A stretch of 64,000 bases of DNA from Clostridia bacterium. Its GTDB lineage: Bacteria; Bacillota; Clostridia; Christensenellales; CAG-138. The notes beneath the pieces were generated by a model, which searched no databases, was not told the origin of the DNA, and saw only the letters and a list, made by a program, of their open reading frames with translations. Location: contig JAFPWD010000004.1 in NCBI GenBank assembly GCA_017395105.1, positions 21,143 to 85,142 on the forward strand, given 5' to 3'. Within the stretch, counting starts at the first letter, position 1, and every line of letters begins with the position of its first letter. Positions 37,631-48,396 of the stretch are shown here, piece by piece. The position numbers and the translations under genes were made by a program.

Positions 37631-39886
37631 CTACAGCATATCCTGCGGGTTGATCTCGATGCCGCGGCAGCTTTCCTCGGGCTTTTCGGCGGCATAGGAA
37701 TATATCGATTCTATTGCTGCGGCGGTATGCGCGGTTCTTGCAAGCTTAATTATAACGGCGTAACGATACTCGCCGTCCCTTTTTCTTATGGGCGCCGCGC
37801 CGGGCATAACGAATATAAGCTCGTTTTCGGCGCCATGCCCGCCGAGTGATGATAGGATCGCCTCGGTAACGCCGGAAGAGAATCTGCCCGAAGCTTCGGC
37901 GGCCTCGGCTTCGACCCTTGAAACGAAGAGTGCGCGCACAAAAACCGAGAACGGGGGAAACAGTGTGTGCAGCCTGTCGCCGATCTCGAGGTTATAAAAG
38001 CCCTTATAGTCGTGCTTTGTGCAGAGCGAAATGGCTCTATGGTTCGGTGCGTTCGTTTGAATTACGACTCTACCCTCCTTATCGGCCCTGCCTGCGCGCC
38101 CCGCCACCTGCGTAAGAAGCTGAAAGGTGCGTTCGTTGCTGCGATAATCGGAGTGGAAGAGTGTTGAATCGGCGAAAACCACGCCAACGAGCGTAACGTT
38201 CGGTATGTCAAGCCCCTTGGCGACCATCTGAGTGCCTATAAGCACGTCCGCCTCGCCTCGTGTGAAGCAGTCGAGGATATCGCGGTGTGCGTTTTTGCCC
38301 ACGGTGGTATCGGTATCCATGCGAAGCGTTCTGATGCTTGGGAAAAGCTCGTGGAGCTGCTCCTCAACCTGCTGCGTCCCCATGCCCGAGAATTTCACAA
38401 ACTCGCTGCCGCAGCTTGGGCATTTATTCGGAACGAAGGCTGAGGCGCCGCAGTAATGGCATCGAAGCGCGTTGTCGAACTTATGATAAGTCATAGCAAC
38501 GTCGCAATTATTGCAGGTAAAAACGAAACCGCACGCACGGCACTCAACATGCGATGAGTAGCCGCGCCTGTTTAAAAACAGTATCGCCTGCTCGCCCTTT
38601 TCAAGAACGCTTGCGACAGCATCCTTTAAAAGTCCTGAAAAGATGCCGTTGTTGCCCGAAAGGTACTCGCTGCGCATATCGACGACATCAACGCGCGGCA
38701 TGGTTTCGCCGTTTATGCGCTCCGGCATCTCAATCAGCTTATACTGCCCGCGTTTTGCGCGGTAATAGCTCGTCAGCGACGGCGTTGCGCTGCCGAGAAC
38801 AAGTCTTGCGCCGGTTATGCGCGCCCTGCGCCTTGCAACCTCGACGGCGGAATACTTGGGCGTTTGCTCGGATTGATAGCTCGGCTCGTGCTCCTCGTCG
38901 ATGATGATGAGTCCAAGCTCCTCAACGGGCGCAAACACGGCGGAGCGAGCGCCGATAACGACCCTTGCCTTTTTAAATCGTATGCGCCGCCACTCGTCGA
39001 AGCGTTCGCCGTCGCTCAAATGGCTGTGGAGCACCGCGACCGTATCACCGAATCGGCTCCTGAATCTGTCCGTAGTCTGAGGCGTGAGCGATATCTCGGG
39101 AACGAGCACTATCGCGCCGCGCCCCTTTTCAAGCTCGGCGGCTATCGCCTGCATATATACCTCGGTCTTTCCGCTGCCCGTAACGCCGTGCAGAAGCAGC
39201 GTTTCGCCCGCAGAAGCTCCGTTTATCGCATCAAGCGCGGCGGCCTGCGACGGGAGCAGAGGGAGGGGAAGGGAGGGCTTCGGATCGCGCCCCGCGAAGG
39301 GATTTCGGAAGGTTTCCCTGCCTGCTTCGATAAGAATGCCTTTTTTAACGAGCGCGGCTATTGCGGAGGCTGCGCCGGGAATGAACGCGCTGATATCCGA
39401 AGCGGAGTATTCGGCCTCGGGATGATCGAGAAGCTCGTATACCTCGAGCTGCTTCGGCGCCTTTATGCTGCCGTCCTTTGCGCTTATCGAAGAAATAAAG
39501 CTCTCCCTGTTCGCGACGGGGGAGAGGCGAAGCGTGCGCACGGTCTTCTCCTTGATCCTCGAGCCGCGCAGCTTGGCGGGGATCATGCCTCGCAGCGAAT
39601 CCGCGCGGGTGCAGTGATATGCGGCGCATATCCATTCCGAAAGCCTGAGCTGCTCATCGGTGAGCACCGTATAGGGCTCAAGCGTTCTCAATATCGGCTT
39701 GACCTCGTGGGAGGTCTGCTTTTCATCCGAAAACGCAATTATAAAGCCCTCGATCGGCTTGTTTCCGCGACCAAAGGGCACGAGAACACGCTGACCGGGG
39801 GCAGCCTTTATTTCCTCGGGCAGAGAGTAGGTAAAAAGCCTGTCCACATTGGTGTTTGAAATATCAACTATCACCCTTGCAAACAT
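37631..39886 (-). CDS. priA: Primosomal protein N' (replication restart helicase PriA)
   Basis: Walker A HGVTGSGKTEVY, DEEHE box and a Cys-rich zinc insert (CRACGFVFTCNNCD...CHYCG...CPSCG). Confidence 0.95.
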   Translation of the reverse strand: MFARVIVDISNTNVDRLFTYSLPEEIKAAPGQRVLVPFGRGNKPIEGFIIAFSDEKQTSHEVKPILRTLEPYTVLTDEQLRLSEWICAAYHCTRADSLRGMIPAKLRGSRIKEKTVRTLRLSPVANRESFISSISAKDGSIKAPKQLEVYELLDHPEAEYSASDISAFIPGAASAIAALVKKGILIEAGRETFRNPFAGRDPKPSLPLPLLPSQAAALDAINGASAGETLLLHGVTGSGKTEVYMQAIAAELEKGRGAIVLVPEISLTPQTTDRFRSRFGDTVAVLHSHLSDGERFDEWRRIRFKKARVVIGARSAVFAPVEELGLIIIDEEHEPSYQSEQTPKYSAVEVARRRARITGARLVLGSATPSLTSYYRAKRGQYKLIEMPERINGETMPRVDVVDMRSEYLSGNNGIFSGLLKDAVASVLEKGEQAILFLNRRGYSSHVECRACGFVFTCNNCDVAMTYHKFDNALRCHYCGASAFVPNKCPSCGSEFVKFSGMGTQQVEEQLHELFPSIRTLRMDTDTTVGKNAHRDILDCFTRGEADVLIGTQMVAKGLDIPNVTLVGVVFADSTLFHSDYRSNERTFQLLTQVAGRAGRADKEGRVVIQTNAPNHRAISLCTKHDYKGFYNLEIGDRLHTLFPPFSVFVRALFVSRVEAEAAEASGRFSSGVTEAILSSLGGHGAENELIFVMPGAAPIRKRDGEYRYAVIIKLARTAHTAAAIESIYSYAAEKPEESCRGIEINPQDML

Positions 39887-39942
39887 TATGCTTCACTCTC
39901 TCCAATCGATGCTTTTTGTTTTGATATCGGCTCAGCCGAAGA

Positions 39943-40161
39943 TCATTTTTCCGAGGTCTGATAGTATTCGTTCGGATACTTGAGATCGAGCTCGTCGTTA
40001 TAGAGCTCTTCCACAGCCTGGGTAACGGGCTTAAGCTCGCTGTGCTGCTTCTTGGCGATGATCTGGCGCGCTCTTCTCGCAACTGCGGTAACGAGCATAT
40101 AGCGGCAGCCCGCCTTGTTTTCAAGCTCCACGACCGGGGGATGGTTCATCTGATGTTTCAT
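39943..40161 (-). CDS. rpoZ: DNA-directed RNA polymerase omega subunit
   Basis: RYMLVTAVARRARQI core. Lies in the gmk-rpoZ-priA context. GGAGG RBS before ATG 40161. Confidence 0.85.
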   Translation of the reverse strand: MKHQMNHPPVVELENKAGCRYMLVTAVARRARQIIAKKQHSELKPVTQAVEELYNDELDLKYPNEYYQTSEK

Positions 40162-40212
40162 GGGTATACCTCCGAAAATATTAAGCAAATAGTTGGATGA
40201 AGAAACTCTGAA

Positions 40213-40848
40213 TCAGGCTTCCTCGGCATTCAGCGTGCGGAAAAGCTCGTCCTTATATTCCTTTCCCGCAAGACGGGATGAGCGAAGGATGCACTCAACG
40301 TCCTCAACCGCCAATTCAAGATCGTCGTTCACAACAACGTAGTCGTATTCGTTCACAAGCTTAAGCTCGGTCTTGGCCTCGGCAAAACGACTTTCAATGG
40401 CTTCCTCGGTGTCGGTGCCGCGGCCGACGAGGCGGCGGTGCAGCTCGGCGAGGGTCGGCGGAGCTATGAATATCATAACCGCCTCGGGATAGTTCTTTTT
40501 AACCACCATTGCGCCCTGAACGTCGATATCAAGAAGAACGCTGATGCCCTGCGCAAGCTTTTCTTCAACAAATTTGCGGGGGGTGCCGTAGTAATTCCTG
40601 CCGAAAACCTGCATATACTCGAGGAATTCGCCGTTTTCGATCATCTCTTGGAATTGCTGAACGGTTTTATAGTAGTAGTTCACGCCCTCCTGTTCGCCCT
40701 CGCGCATCTCTCGGGTGGTGGCCGAAACCGAGAAGCAAAGATCGTCGTGCTTTTCAAGAAGACGTGCGCCAATCGTGCCCTTTCCAACGCCGGAGGGGCC
40801 CGAAAGAACTATGAGATTGCCGGTTTTGTTTACGATGTCGATAAGCAT
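40213..40848 (-). CDS. gmk: Guanylate kinase
   Basis: LSGPSGVGKGT P-loop and SATTREMREGEQEGVNYYY. Confidence 0.95.
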   Translation of the reverse strand: MLIDIVNKTGNLIVLSGPSGVGKGTIGARLLEKHDDLCFSVSATTREMREGEQEGVNYYYKTVQQFQEMIENGEFLEYMQVFGRNYYGTPRKFVEEKLAQGISVLLDIDVQGAMVVKKNYPEAVMIFIAPPTLAELHRRLVGRGTDTEEAIESRFAEAKTELKLVNEYDYVVVNDDLELAVEDVECILRSSRLAGKEYKDELFRTLNAEEA

Positions 40849-40899
40849 ACAAGCCTCCGAAGCATAAATTTTTTAATAAATCATAAGTAAGAACCTTTA

Positions 40900-41778
40900 T
40901 CACTCAAGATTCTGCACCTGCTCGCGGAGCTTTTCAAGCTCCGCCTTGCCGTCTATCACAAGAGCGGTTATCGCCTGATCGTTGGCCTTCGAGCCGATGG
41001 TGTTGAACTCGCGGTTCATCTCCTGAACGAGAAAATCAAGCTTCCTGCCAACGGGCTCATCGCTTGACAGCAGCTCGAGCGCGCCTTTGAAATGGCTTTC
41101 AAGTCGAACGAGCTCCTCGTCAATATTGGCCTTGTCCGCAAAAAGCGCGATCTCGGTCGCAAGGCGCGCGCGATCTATCTCGGTCTCCGAAAGGATGGAT
41201 TCGATTCTTGTATTGAGCTTCGCGCGATACGCTTCAACGACCAAAGGTGCGCGCTCGGCGATCTTTTCGCGAACGGAAGAAAGCGTTGCGATACGCGCTT
41301 CAAGATCACATTTGATGCGCTCACCCTCGAGCTCACGCATCCCGATGAGCTCGGAGCATGCCGTGCGCACGGCCTCGACCATAAGGCCTTTAAGCGCCTC
41401 GGGATCGTCGTCCGCATCGTTTATGCTCACAAGATCGGAGATCCTGAGAAGCTTTGAAACGGTGATATCGTTCTGAAGCTCGAATTCGACGGCAAGCTCG
41501 CTTGAAGCGGCAAGATATGCCGAGACCAACGCTTTATCAACGCTTATGCTCTTGGCATCGCTTCGGGTATTTCTATAGTATGCGTATGCGTCAACGTGCC
41601 CGCGCGAAAGAAGGCGGGAAAGCTCGCCGCGAACCGTATCCTCAAGGAAGGAGAGGGAACGCGGGAACCTGAAGGACAGATCGAGAAAACGGTGATTGAC
41701 AGCTTTGAGCTCAACGGTCAGCTCCCTTCCGTCTATCGAAAGAGATACTCTGCCGAAGCCCGTCATGCTTTTTATCAT
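40900..41778 (-). CDS. yicC: YicC-family stress-induced protein (endoribonuclease-type)
   Basis: MIKSMTGFGR N-terminus and the C-terminal ...EMNREFNTIGSKA motif. ATG 41778 follows GGAGG. Confidence 0.88.
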   Translation of the reverse strand: MIKSMTGFGRVSLSIDGRELTVELKAVNHRFLDLSFRFPRSLSFLEDTVRGELSRLLSRGHVDAYAYYRNTRSDAKSISVDKALVSAYLAASSELAVEFELQNDITVSKLLRISDLVSINDADDDPEALKGLMVEAVRTACSELIGMRELEGERIKCDLEARIATLSSVREKIAERAPLVVEAYRAKLNTRIESILSETEIDRARLATEIALFADKANIDEELVRLESHFKGALELLSSDEPVGRKLDFLVQEMNREFNTIGSKANDQAITALVIDGKAELEKLREQVQNLE

Positions 41779-41901
41779 TGCGACCTCCGCTGATTCATGT
41801 TCGATTTTTGCTATTATAGCATATAGAGCGGCATTTTTAAAGCGTTTTGATACAAATAGCCGAATAAAAACAAAGGAGCGGTGAAACCGCCCCAAGTGTT
41901 T

Positions 41902-42072
41902 TTAATACTTACGCTTTCTTGCAGCCTCAGCCTTCTTTTTGCGCTTTACGCTGGGCTTCTCATAGTGCTCGCGCTTCCTTGCGTCGGCAAGGATGCCGGA
42001 ACGCGCGCATTTACGCTTCCAACGCTTTATTGCACTTTCCAAAGACTCGTTTTCGCCTACACGGATTTCCAT
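41902..42072 (-). CDS. rpsU: 30S ribosomal protein S21
   Basis: [47 protein letters not shown]. The track ORF is N-terminally over-extended. Confidence 0.92.
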   Translation of the reverse strand: MEIRVGENESLESAIKRWKRKCARSGILADARKREHYEKPSVKRKKKAEAARKRKY

Positions 42073-42146
42073 TAAAAATTTCCCCCCTCTCTTTATTCGG
42101 GTATAGCATGCGCTCATCCGAAGCGGAAAGAACCATGCAAGTGATA

Positions 42147-42175
42147 ATTATAATGCTTATTGCTTCGCAAGTCAA
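42147..42175 (-). promoter_or_regulatory. Sigma-70-type promoter for rpsU
   Basis: Minus strand reads TTGACT, 17 nt, TATAAT. Confidence 0.6.
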
Positions 42176-42229
42176 CACCAAAAGGCGATAAAGCAGCGCA
42201 AAAATAAAATATACTGCACCGAACAATGC

Positions 42230-42258
42230 TTGAAAAAGATTTTGACCTATGGTATAAT
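42230..42258 (+). promoter_or_regulatory. Sigma-70-type promoter for deoD
   Basis: TTGAAA (42230-42235), 17 nt, TATAAT (42253-42258). Confidence 0.6.
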
Positions 42259-42287
42259 ATAATCATTAATTTGGAAGAGGTGCAGTT

Positions 42288-42998
42288 ATGAGCAATACTC
42301 CAACTCCGCATATCGCCGCAAATCCCGGTGATTTCGCAAAAACGGTCCTTATGCCGGGAGACCCAAAAAGAGCCAGATTCGTTGCCGAAAACTTCCTTGA
42401 GGATCGCGTTCTTGTAAACGACGTTCGCGGCGTTCAGGGCTATACGGGCAGCTATAAGGGCAAGCGCGTTTCCGTTATGGCAAGCGGCATGGGCATTCCG
42501 TCCATCGGTATCTATTCATACGAGCTTTTCAACTTCTTCAGAGTTGAAAACATAATCAGAATCGGCTCTGCGGGAGCCATACATCCCGATCTTAAGATTC
42601 GCGACGTCGTTATTGGCATGGGTGCCTGCACGAACTCCAACTTTGCCGCGCAGTATGCTCTGCCGGGCACTTTCGCGCCTATCGCGAGCTATGAACTCGT
42701 TAAAAAAGCTGCCGAGAGCGCCGAGAAGCTCGGCGTTCGCTACATGGTCGGCAATCTGCTTTCCGCGGATACCTTCTATGATGACTCCGCAAGCCTTGCC
42801 TCATGGCAGAAGATGGGCGTTCTTGCTGTTGAAATGGAGAGCGCGGGTCTTTATTGCAATGCGGCGCGCGCCGGCAAAAATGCGCTCTGTATCTGCACCA
42901 TATCCGACACGCCGTTTTCACCCGGCAACGACTGCACCGCCGAGGAGAGGCAAAATTCTTTTACTAAAATGATGGAAATAGCTCTTGATATCGCCTGA
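42288..42998 (+). CDS. deoD: Purine nucleoside phosphorylase (DeoD type)
   Basis: TPHIAANPGDFAKTVLMPGDPKRA ... GSAGA ... VEMESAGLY. Confidence 0.93.
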   Translation: MSNTPTPHIAANPGDFAKTVLMPGDPKRARFVAENFLEDRVLVNDVRGVQGYTGSYKGKRVSVMASGMGIPSIGIYSYELFNFFRVENIIRIGSAGAIHPDLKIRDVVIGMGACTNSNFAAQYALPGTFAPIASYELVKKAAESAEKLGVRYMVGNLLSADTFYDDSASLASWQKMGVLAVEMESAGLYCNAARAGKNALCICTISDTPFSPGNDCTAEERQNSFTKMMEIALDIA

Positions 42999-43053
42999 TA
43001 GATAGCTTGAGTGAACGAACGATCGGCTTGAAGCTGCACCCGTCAAGGAGGGA

Positions 43054-43524
43054 ATGATGTTTTCGATCGGAGATACCGTGTGCTACCCGCTGCACGGTGT
43101 GGGCACAATCGAAGCAATTGAAGCGCGTGATGTTCTCGGTAAGACCACCACGTATTATGTTCTGCGCCTTATAAACACCAAGCTGACCGCTATGCTTCCT
43201 GTGGACAACGCCGAAGCGGTCGGCTTAAGACGAATAATCACCAAACAAGAGTGCGAGGAGCTTTTCAAGTATTATCGCACCGCTCAGCCCAGCCTTGGCA
43301 GCGCAAACTGGAATCAGCGCTATCGCGATAATATGGACAAGCTTCGCACCGGAGACCCGAAAACCGTTGTGGACGTTATGCTCTGCCTCGGCAAGCGAAA
43401 CAGCATCCGCACGCTCTCATCCGGCGAAAGGAAGATGCTGTCCAATGCAAAGAATATCCTTTGCACCGAGATATCGGTTGTTCTTGAAAAGCCGATCGAG
43501 GAGATCGAAGCCATGTTTGATTGA
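43054..43524 (+). CDS. CarD/CdnL-family transcriptional regulator
   Basis: FSIGDTVCYPLHGVGTIEAIE is a CarD_CdnL_TRCF N-terminal domain; size about 156 aa. Confidence 0.85.
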   Translation: MMFSIGDTVCYPLHGVGTIEAIEARDVLGKTTTYYVLRLINTKLTAMLPVDNAEAVGLRRIITKQECEELFKYYRTAQPSLGSANWNQRYRDNMDKLRTGDPKTVVDVMLCLGKRNSIRTLSSGERKMLSNAKNILCTEISVVLEKPIEEIEAMFD

Positions 43525-43626
43525 TTCTCATTAAATAAACACATTAAACAAAAACGGGGAGCCGCAGAAGTGCGGCTCCTAAGTTTATTGTAAGAGTATT
43601 GAGATTTTTGCAGCATCAAGTGAGCT

Positions 43627-44367
43627 TCAGCTCTCAAAAACCGCTCCTCCGAGTACCTCTCCTATGCTTTCGTTTATCACAAGATCGGCTCTTGAATCAT
43701 ACGGCGTTGCGCTCTTATTTATAAGCACGAGCCTGTCGCCGCGATAATAGTCGATGAGTCCGGCAGCGGGGTAGACCTGCAGCGATGTGCCGCCCACTAT
43801 CATCATATCCGCACGCATAACGTGCGTAAGAGCACCGTTCAAGCATTCGTGATCGAGCTGCTCTTCATATAAAACAACGTCGGGCTTGATGATGCCTCCG
43901 CAGGGGCAGTAGGGGATGCCCTTCGCAGAGCCGACATACTCCGCATCGAAAAACTTATGACATTTCATGCAGTAGTTGCGGTGTATCGAGCCGTGCAGCT
44001 CGTAAACCTTCTTGCTTCCGGCCATCTGATGCAGCCCGTCTATATTCTGAGTGATAACTGCTGTCAGCTTGCCGCGCGCTTCAAGCTCCGCAAGCGCAAG
44101 ATGTGCCTTATTCGGCTTTGCATCGGGCGAAAGCAGAAGCTCCTTATAATATTCGAAGAAGGTCTCGGTCTTGCGCTCAAAGAAAGTGTGCGAAAGCAGC
44201 TCCTCGGGCGGATAGCCGTATTTTCTTATCGCTTCGAAGATGCCGTTTGAGCTTCTGAAATCGGGAATGCCGCTTTCGCAGGATACGCCTGCGCCGCCGA
44301 GGAAAACTATCCTGCCGCTCTCATCGATCATCCTTTTGAGCATTTCGATCTTTTCGTTCATATCCAT
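43627..44367 (-). CDS. cobB: NAD-dependent protein deacylase (SIR2 family, CobB type)
   Basis: GAGVSCESGIPDFRS, TQNIDGLH and a zinc ribbon (CMKC...CPCGG). The start at 44367 follows GAGGTG. Confidence 0.9.
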   Translation of the reverse strand: MDMNEKIEMLKRMIDESGRIVFLGGAGVSCESGIPDFRSSNGIFEAIRKYGYPPEELLSHTFFERKTETFFEYYKELLLSPDAKPNKAHLALAELEARGKLTAVITQNIDGLHQMAGSKKVYELHGSIHRNYCMKCHKFFDAEYVGSAKGIPYCPCGGIIKPDVVLYEEQLDHECLNGALTHVMRADMMIVGGTSLQVYPAAGLIDYYRGDRLVLINKSATPYDSRADLVINESIGEVLGGAVFES

Positions 44368-44572
44368 AAGCCTGTATTCACCTCGCTGAATCAAATCAGT
44401 AAAGCGGACGAACCGCCATGCGAATATTATACCATTTCTTTGCCCGCTTTCCAATCCGAAACACAATGTAAATAAGGAAAAAATACGCAATATATAGTTT
44501 GACATAAATGGGTTTCGGGACTATAATTAAAGCATCGAATTCTTTCAATAAAACAGGTATTGGAGGTTAATT

Positions 44573-45847
44573 ATGGTTCTCAAGGAAATGGAGCGCAGCA
44601 AGCTCGAAGCATTCTATAGCGATGCGCTCAAGGCATACGAAAACTGCAAATCGCAGGGTCTCAAGCTCGATATGTCCCGCGGCAAGCCCGGCAAAGCACA
44701 GCTCGATCTTTCCATGGAGCTTCTCAATATGCATATCGACCCGGAGCAAACCAAGGTAGACGGCGTTGAGGCTCGCAACTATGGCGAGCTGATGGGTCTG
44801 CCTGCGGCGCGCAGGCTTTTTGCCGAGCTGCTCGGCGTTAAGTTTGAGCAGGTATTCGCGGGCGGCAGCGCAAGCCTGACCCTTATGTACGACCTCATAG
44901 CCAAAGCGTACACAAACGGTCTGCTTCACTCCGAAAAGCCGTGGTCAAAGCTCGATAAGGTTAAGTTCCTCTGCCCTGCTCCGGGATACGACCGCCACTT
45001 CACCATCTCATCCTCCTTCGGCATGGAGCTTATCATGATCCCGATGACCGAAGAAGGTCCCGATATGGATCTTGTTGAAAAATACGCCGCAGATCCCGAG
45101 GTAAAGGGCATCTGGTGCGTTCCGAAATATTCCAATCCCGATGGCATAACCTATTCCGACGAAACCATCCGCCGCCTTGCCTCCCTCAAGCATGCAGCGC
45201 CCGACTTCGTTCTCGTTTGGGACAATGCGTACTGCGTGCATGAGTTCGACGGCGAGTTCGTTCCCTTCAAGAATATCCTCGAGGAATGCGAGAAGGCGGG
45301 CAACCCCGATATGGTATTCGAGTTCGCCTCCACCTCCAAGATAACCTTCCCCGGCGCGGGCATCGCATGCTTTGCCTGCTCAGAGGCGAATATGACCTAT
45401 ATGAAAAAGCTGCTGAACGCACAGCTCATCAGCTTCGATAAGATAAATCATCTTCGCCACGTGCTCTTTTTCAAAAACGCGCAGGGCGTTCTTGACCACA
45501 TGAAAAAGCATGCCGAGATAATGAAGCCAAAGTTCGACATGGTGCTTGAATATCTCGATAAGCAGATCGCACCCCTCGGAATCGCGCACTGGCATAGGCC
45601 GAAGGGCGGCTATTTCGTTAGCCTCTTCGTTGAACCCGGCTGCGCAAAGCGCGTGCATCAGCTCTGCAAGGAAGCGGGCGTTGTAATGACCGAGGCGGGC
45701 GCGACCTATCCTTATAAGAATGATCCCGACGACAGCAATCTGCGCATAGCGCCCAGCTTCCCGCCGCTCGATGAGCTTGAGAAGGCGATGCAGGTGCTCT
45801 GCTGCTGCATCAAGCTTGCCGCCGCCGAAAAGCTCCTTGGCAAATAA
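44573..45847 (+). CDS. PLP-dependent aminotransferase, class I/II fold
   Basis: 424 aa with DMSRGKP... N-terminus, NPDG, and SKITFPGAGI containing a candidate PLP lysine. Substrate not assignable. Confidence 0.8.
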   Translation: MVLKEMERSKLEAFYSDALKAYENCKSQGLKLDMSRGKPGKAQLDLSMELLNMHIDPEQTKVDGVEARNYGELMGLPAARRLFAELLGVKFEQVFAGGSASLTLMYDLIAKAYTNGLLHSEKPWSKLDKVKFLCPAPGYDRHFTISSSFGMELIMIPMTEEGPDMDLVEKYAADPEVKGIWCVPKYSNPDGITYSDETIRRLASLKHAAPDFVLVWDNAYCVHEFDGEFVPFKNILEECEKAGNPDMVFEFASTSKITFPGAGIACFACSEANMTYMKKLLNAQLISFDKINHLRHVLFFKNAQGVLDHMKKHAEIMKPKFDMVLEYLDKQIAPLGIAHWHRPKGGYFVSLFVEPGCAKRVHQLCKEAGVVMTEAGATYPYKNDPDDSNLRIAPSFPPLDELEKAMQVLCCCIKLAAAEKLLGK

Positions 45848-45892
45848 TAATTTGATAAAACAAAATCGAATATAAATCCCGGAGGAAATACC

Positions 45893-46933
45893 ATGACTAA
45901 AATGATGGATGCGCTCGTCAAAACCGAGGCGGGCAAGGGCTTGACCCTTATGCAGATCCCCGTTCCCACTCCCGGAATGGGTGAGGTGCTTATCAAGATT
46001 CGCAAAACCGCTATCTGCGGAACGGACGTTCATATATACAACTGGGATAGCTGGAGCGAGCAGCATATCAAGCCCCCGATGGCGGTCGGCCATGAGTATG
46101 TGGGCGAGATCGCCGAGCTCGGCGAGGGCGTGAGCGGTCTGCACATCGGTCAACGCGTTTCGGGAGAGGGGCATATCGTTTGCGGTCACTGCCGCAACTG
46201 CCGCAGCGGCAACGGTCAGTGGTGTGTACACACCAAGGGCGTGGGCGTGGATCGTCAGGGCGCTTTCGCGGAGTACCTCTGCATCCCCGCATCCAACGTC
46301 GTTCCCATGGACGATAACGATATACCGGACGATATAATCTCCTTCTTCGATGCCTATGGCAACGCCACGCACACCGCGCTGATGTTCGATGTGGTGGGTG
46401 AGGACGTGCTTATCACCGGCGCCGGCCCCATCGGCATCATGGCGGCGGCTATCTGCCGTCACAACGGCGCAAGGAACGTGCTGATTACGGACGTAAACGA
46501 GTATCGTCTCGATCTTGCAAAGAAGATGGGCGCAACTCCCGTAAACGTTGCCAAGGAAAAGCTTGAGGACGTTATGAAAGCCTGCCACGTGAAGGAAGGC
46601 TTCGACGTAGGCCTCGAGATGAGCGGCAACGGCCGTGCGCTCAATCAGCTTATCGGCGCTATGCGCAATGGCGGCAAGGTAGCGCTTCTCGGCATCGCCG
46701 GCCCCGGCACCGTCGTAGATTGGAACGAGATCATCTTCAAGGGTCTCACCCTTCAGGGCATCTACGGCCGCAAAATGTACGAAACCTGGTACAAGATGGG
46801 AGCCATGGTCGAGGCAGGTCTCGATCTTTCGCCCATCGTAACGCACCGCTTCAACTACCGCGATTTTGAAAAGGGCTTTGAGGCGATGAACAGCGGTCAG
46901 AGCGGCAAGGTCGTTCTTGATTGGACAAAATAA
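45893..46933 (+). CDS. tdh: L-threonine 3-dehydrogenase (zinc MDR family)
   Basis: [14 protein letters not shown] and structural-zinc cysteines ([10 protein letters not shown]). Adjacent to kbl. Confidence 0.9.
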   Translation: MTKMMDALVKTEAGKGLTLMQIPVPTPGMGEVLIKIRKTAICGTDVHIYNWDSWSEQHIKPPMAVGHEYVGEIAELGEGVSGLHIGQRVSGEGHIVCGHCRNCRSGNGQWCVHTKGVGVDRQGAFAEYLCIPASNVVPMDDNDIPDDIISFFDAYGNATHTALMFDVVGEDVLITGAGPIGIMAAAICRHNGARNVLITDVNEYRLDLAKKMGATPVNVAKEKLEDVMKACHVKEGFDVGLEMSGNGRALNQLIGAMRNGGKVALLGIAGPGTVVDWNEIIFKGLTLQGIYGRKMYETWYKMGAMVEAGLDLSPIVTHRFNYRDFEKGFEAMNSGQSGKVVLDWTK

Positions 46934-46967
46934 ACTATAAAAATACGAATAAAACAAGGAGCATAAT

Positions 46968-48149
46968 ATGAAACAGGCATACGAAATCTTCCGCGGCGAA
47001 CTCGCCTCCATCAAGGAAGCAGGCACCTATAAGGACGAGCGCATCATCACCACCCCCCAGAAGGCGCGCATCGACACCACCAAGACTCATGGCGTTCTCA
47101 ATATGTGCGCAAACAACTACCTCGGCCTTTCCAACAACCCCGACATCATCGAGGCTGCCAAGGCCAGCTACGATGAGTGGGGCTTCGGTCTCTCCTCCGT
47201 GCGCTTCATCTGCGGCACCCAGCAGATCCACAAGACCCTTGAAAGAAAGATCGCGGACTTCCTCGGCATGGATGACTGCATCCTCTACACCTCCTGCTTC
47301 GATGCAAACGGCGGTCTTTTCGAGACCATCCTCGGCGCGGACGATGCCATCATTTCCGACGAGCTCAACCACGCCAGCATCATCGACGGCGTTCGTCTCT
47401 GCAAAGCAAAGCGCTTCCGCTATAAGAACAACAATATGGAGGATCTCAAGGCTCAGCTCGAGGCCGCAAAGGATTGCCGCATCAAGCTGATCGCCACCGA
47501 CGGCGTTTTCTCCATGGATGGATTCATCGCCAACCTGCCCGCTATCTGCGATCTCGCCGATGAATACGGCGCGCTCGTAATGGTGGACGACAGCCATGCG
47601 GTCGGCTTCATGGGCGACCACGGCAAGGGCACTCCCGAGTTCTGCGGCGTGATGGATCGCGTGGATATCATCACCGGCACGCTCGGCAAGGCGCTCGGCG
47701 GCGCAAGCGGCGGCTACACCGCAGCCCGTCAAGAGATCATCGACCTGCTCAGGCAGAAGTCCCGTCCCTATCTCTTCTCGAATACCCTTGCTCCCGCGAT
47801 CTGCGCGGCTTCGATCAAGGTTTTCGATATGCTCACCGAATCCACCGCGCTCCGCGACAAGGTGCATGAAAACACCAAGTACTTCCGCGAGCAGCTCGGC
47901 AAGCTAGGCTTCGACGTTCCCGAAGGAACCCATCCGATCGTTCCCGTCATGCTTTACGATGCCAAGGTCGCGCAGGAGTTCGCAAAGCGTATGCTCGAAA
48001 AGGGCGTATATGTCGTTGGCTTCTTCTATCCAGTCGTGCCGATGGGCAAGGCAAGGATCCGCACCCAGGTTTCCGCAGGCCACTCCAAGGAAGACCTCGA
48101 TTTCGCAGTAAAATGCTTCAAGGAAGTTAAAGAGGAAATGGGAATCTGA
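46968..48149 (+). CDS. kbl: 2-amino-3-ketobutyrate CoA ligase (glycine C-acetyltransferase)
   Basis: An alpha-oxoamine synthase ([27 protein letters not shown]) immediately after tdh. Confidence 0.9.
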   Translation: MKQAYEIFRGELASIKEAGTYKDERIITTPQKARIDTTKTHGVLNMCANNYLGLSNNPDIIEAAKASYDEWGFGLSSVRFICGTQQIHKTLERKIADFLGMDDCILYTSCFDANGGLFETILGADDAIISDELNHASIIDGVRLCKAKRFRYKNNNMEDLKAQLEAAKDCRIKLIATDGVFSMDGFIANLPAICDLADEYGALVMVDDSHAVGFMGDHGKGTPEFCGVMDRVDIITGTLGKALGGASGGYTAARQEIIDLLRQKSRPYLFSNTLAPAICAASIKVFDMLTESTALRDKVHENTKYFREQLGKLGFDVPEGTHPIVPVMLYDAKVAQEFAKRMLEKGVYVVGFFYPVVPMGKARIRTQVSAGHSKEDLDFAVKCFKEVKEEMGI

Positions 48150-48173
48150 GCCATTCAACCAAACTGATTTCAG

Positions 48174-48212
48174 CCCCCCTTTCGTTCAAAGCAAACGGAA
48201 GGGGGTTTCTTG
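48174..48212 (+). terminator. Rho-independent terminator after kbl
   Basis: CCCCCTTTCGTT ... AACGGAAGGGGG hairpin followed by TTTCTT. Confidence 0.65.
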
Positions 48213-48396
48213 AAAAAAGTCGATATATAATGCCAAAAACACACTAAAACCACTAAATGCAACCGATGGTTGACACTTTTCAAACGCCGTATTGGTTGCT
48301 ATGCACCCGTGGGATGCGCTATGATATGGGTGCAAATTAAAGGTCGCTTCCGAGCTTTACGCAAAGAAGCAGGCCGATAAAAAAGGAGTATCAAAA

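Noticed and set aside
38864-39859. Plus-strand 331-aa ORF
   Set aside because: It is antisense to priA, which has Walker A, DEEHE and zinc-finger motifs.
43627-44367. SIR2-family gene as a possible ThsA-like partner of the TIR protein (Thoeris)
   Set aside because: It lies about 20 kb away in host-like DNA. It is a compact CobB-type sirtuin with a zinc ribbon and no SLOG, Macro or TM domain, consistent with a housekeeping deacylase.
45380-47867. Long minus-strand ORFs 45380..47026 (548 aa) and 46935..47867 (310 aa)
   Set aside because: They are antisense to the aminotransferase, tdh and kbl genes, which all carry clear family signatures. They have no RBS and no recognisable domains.
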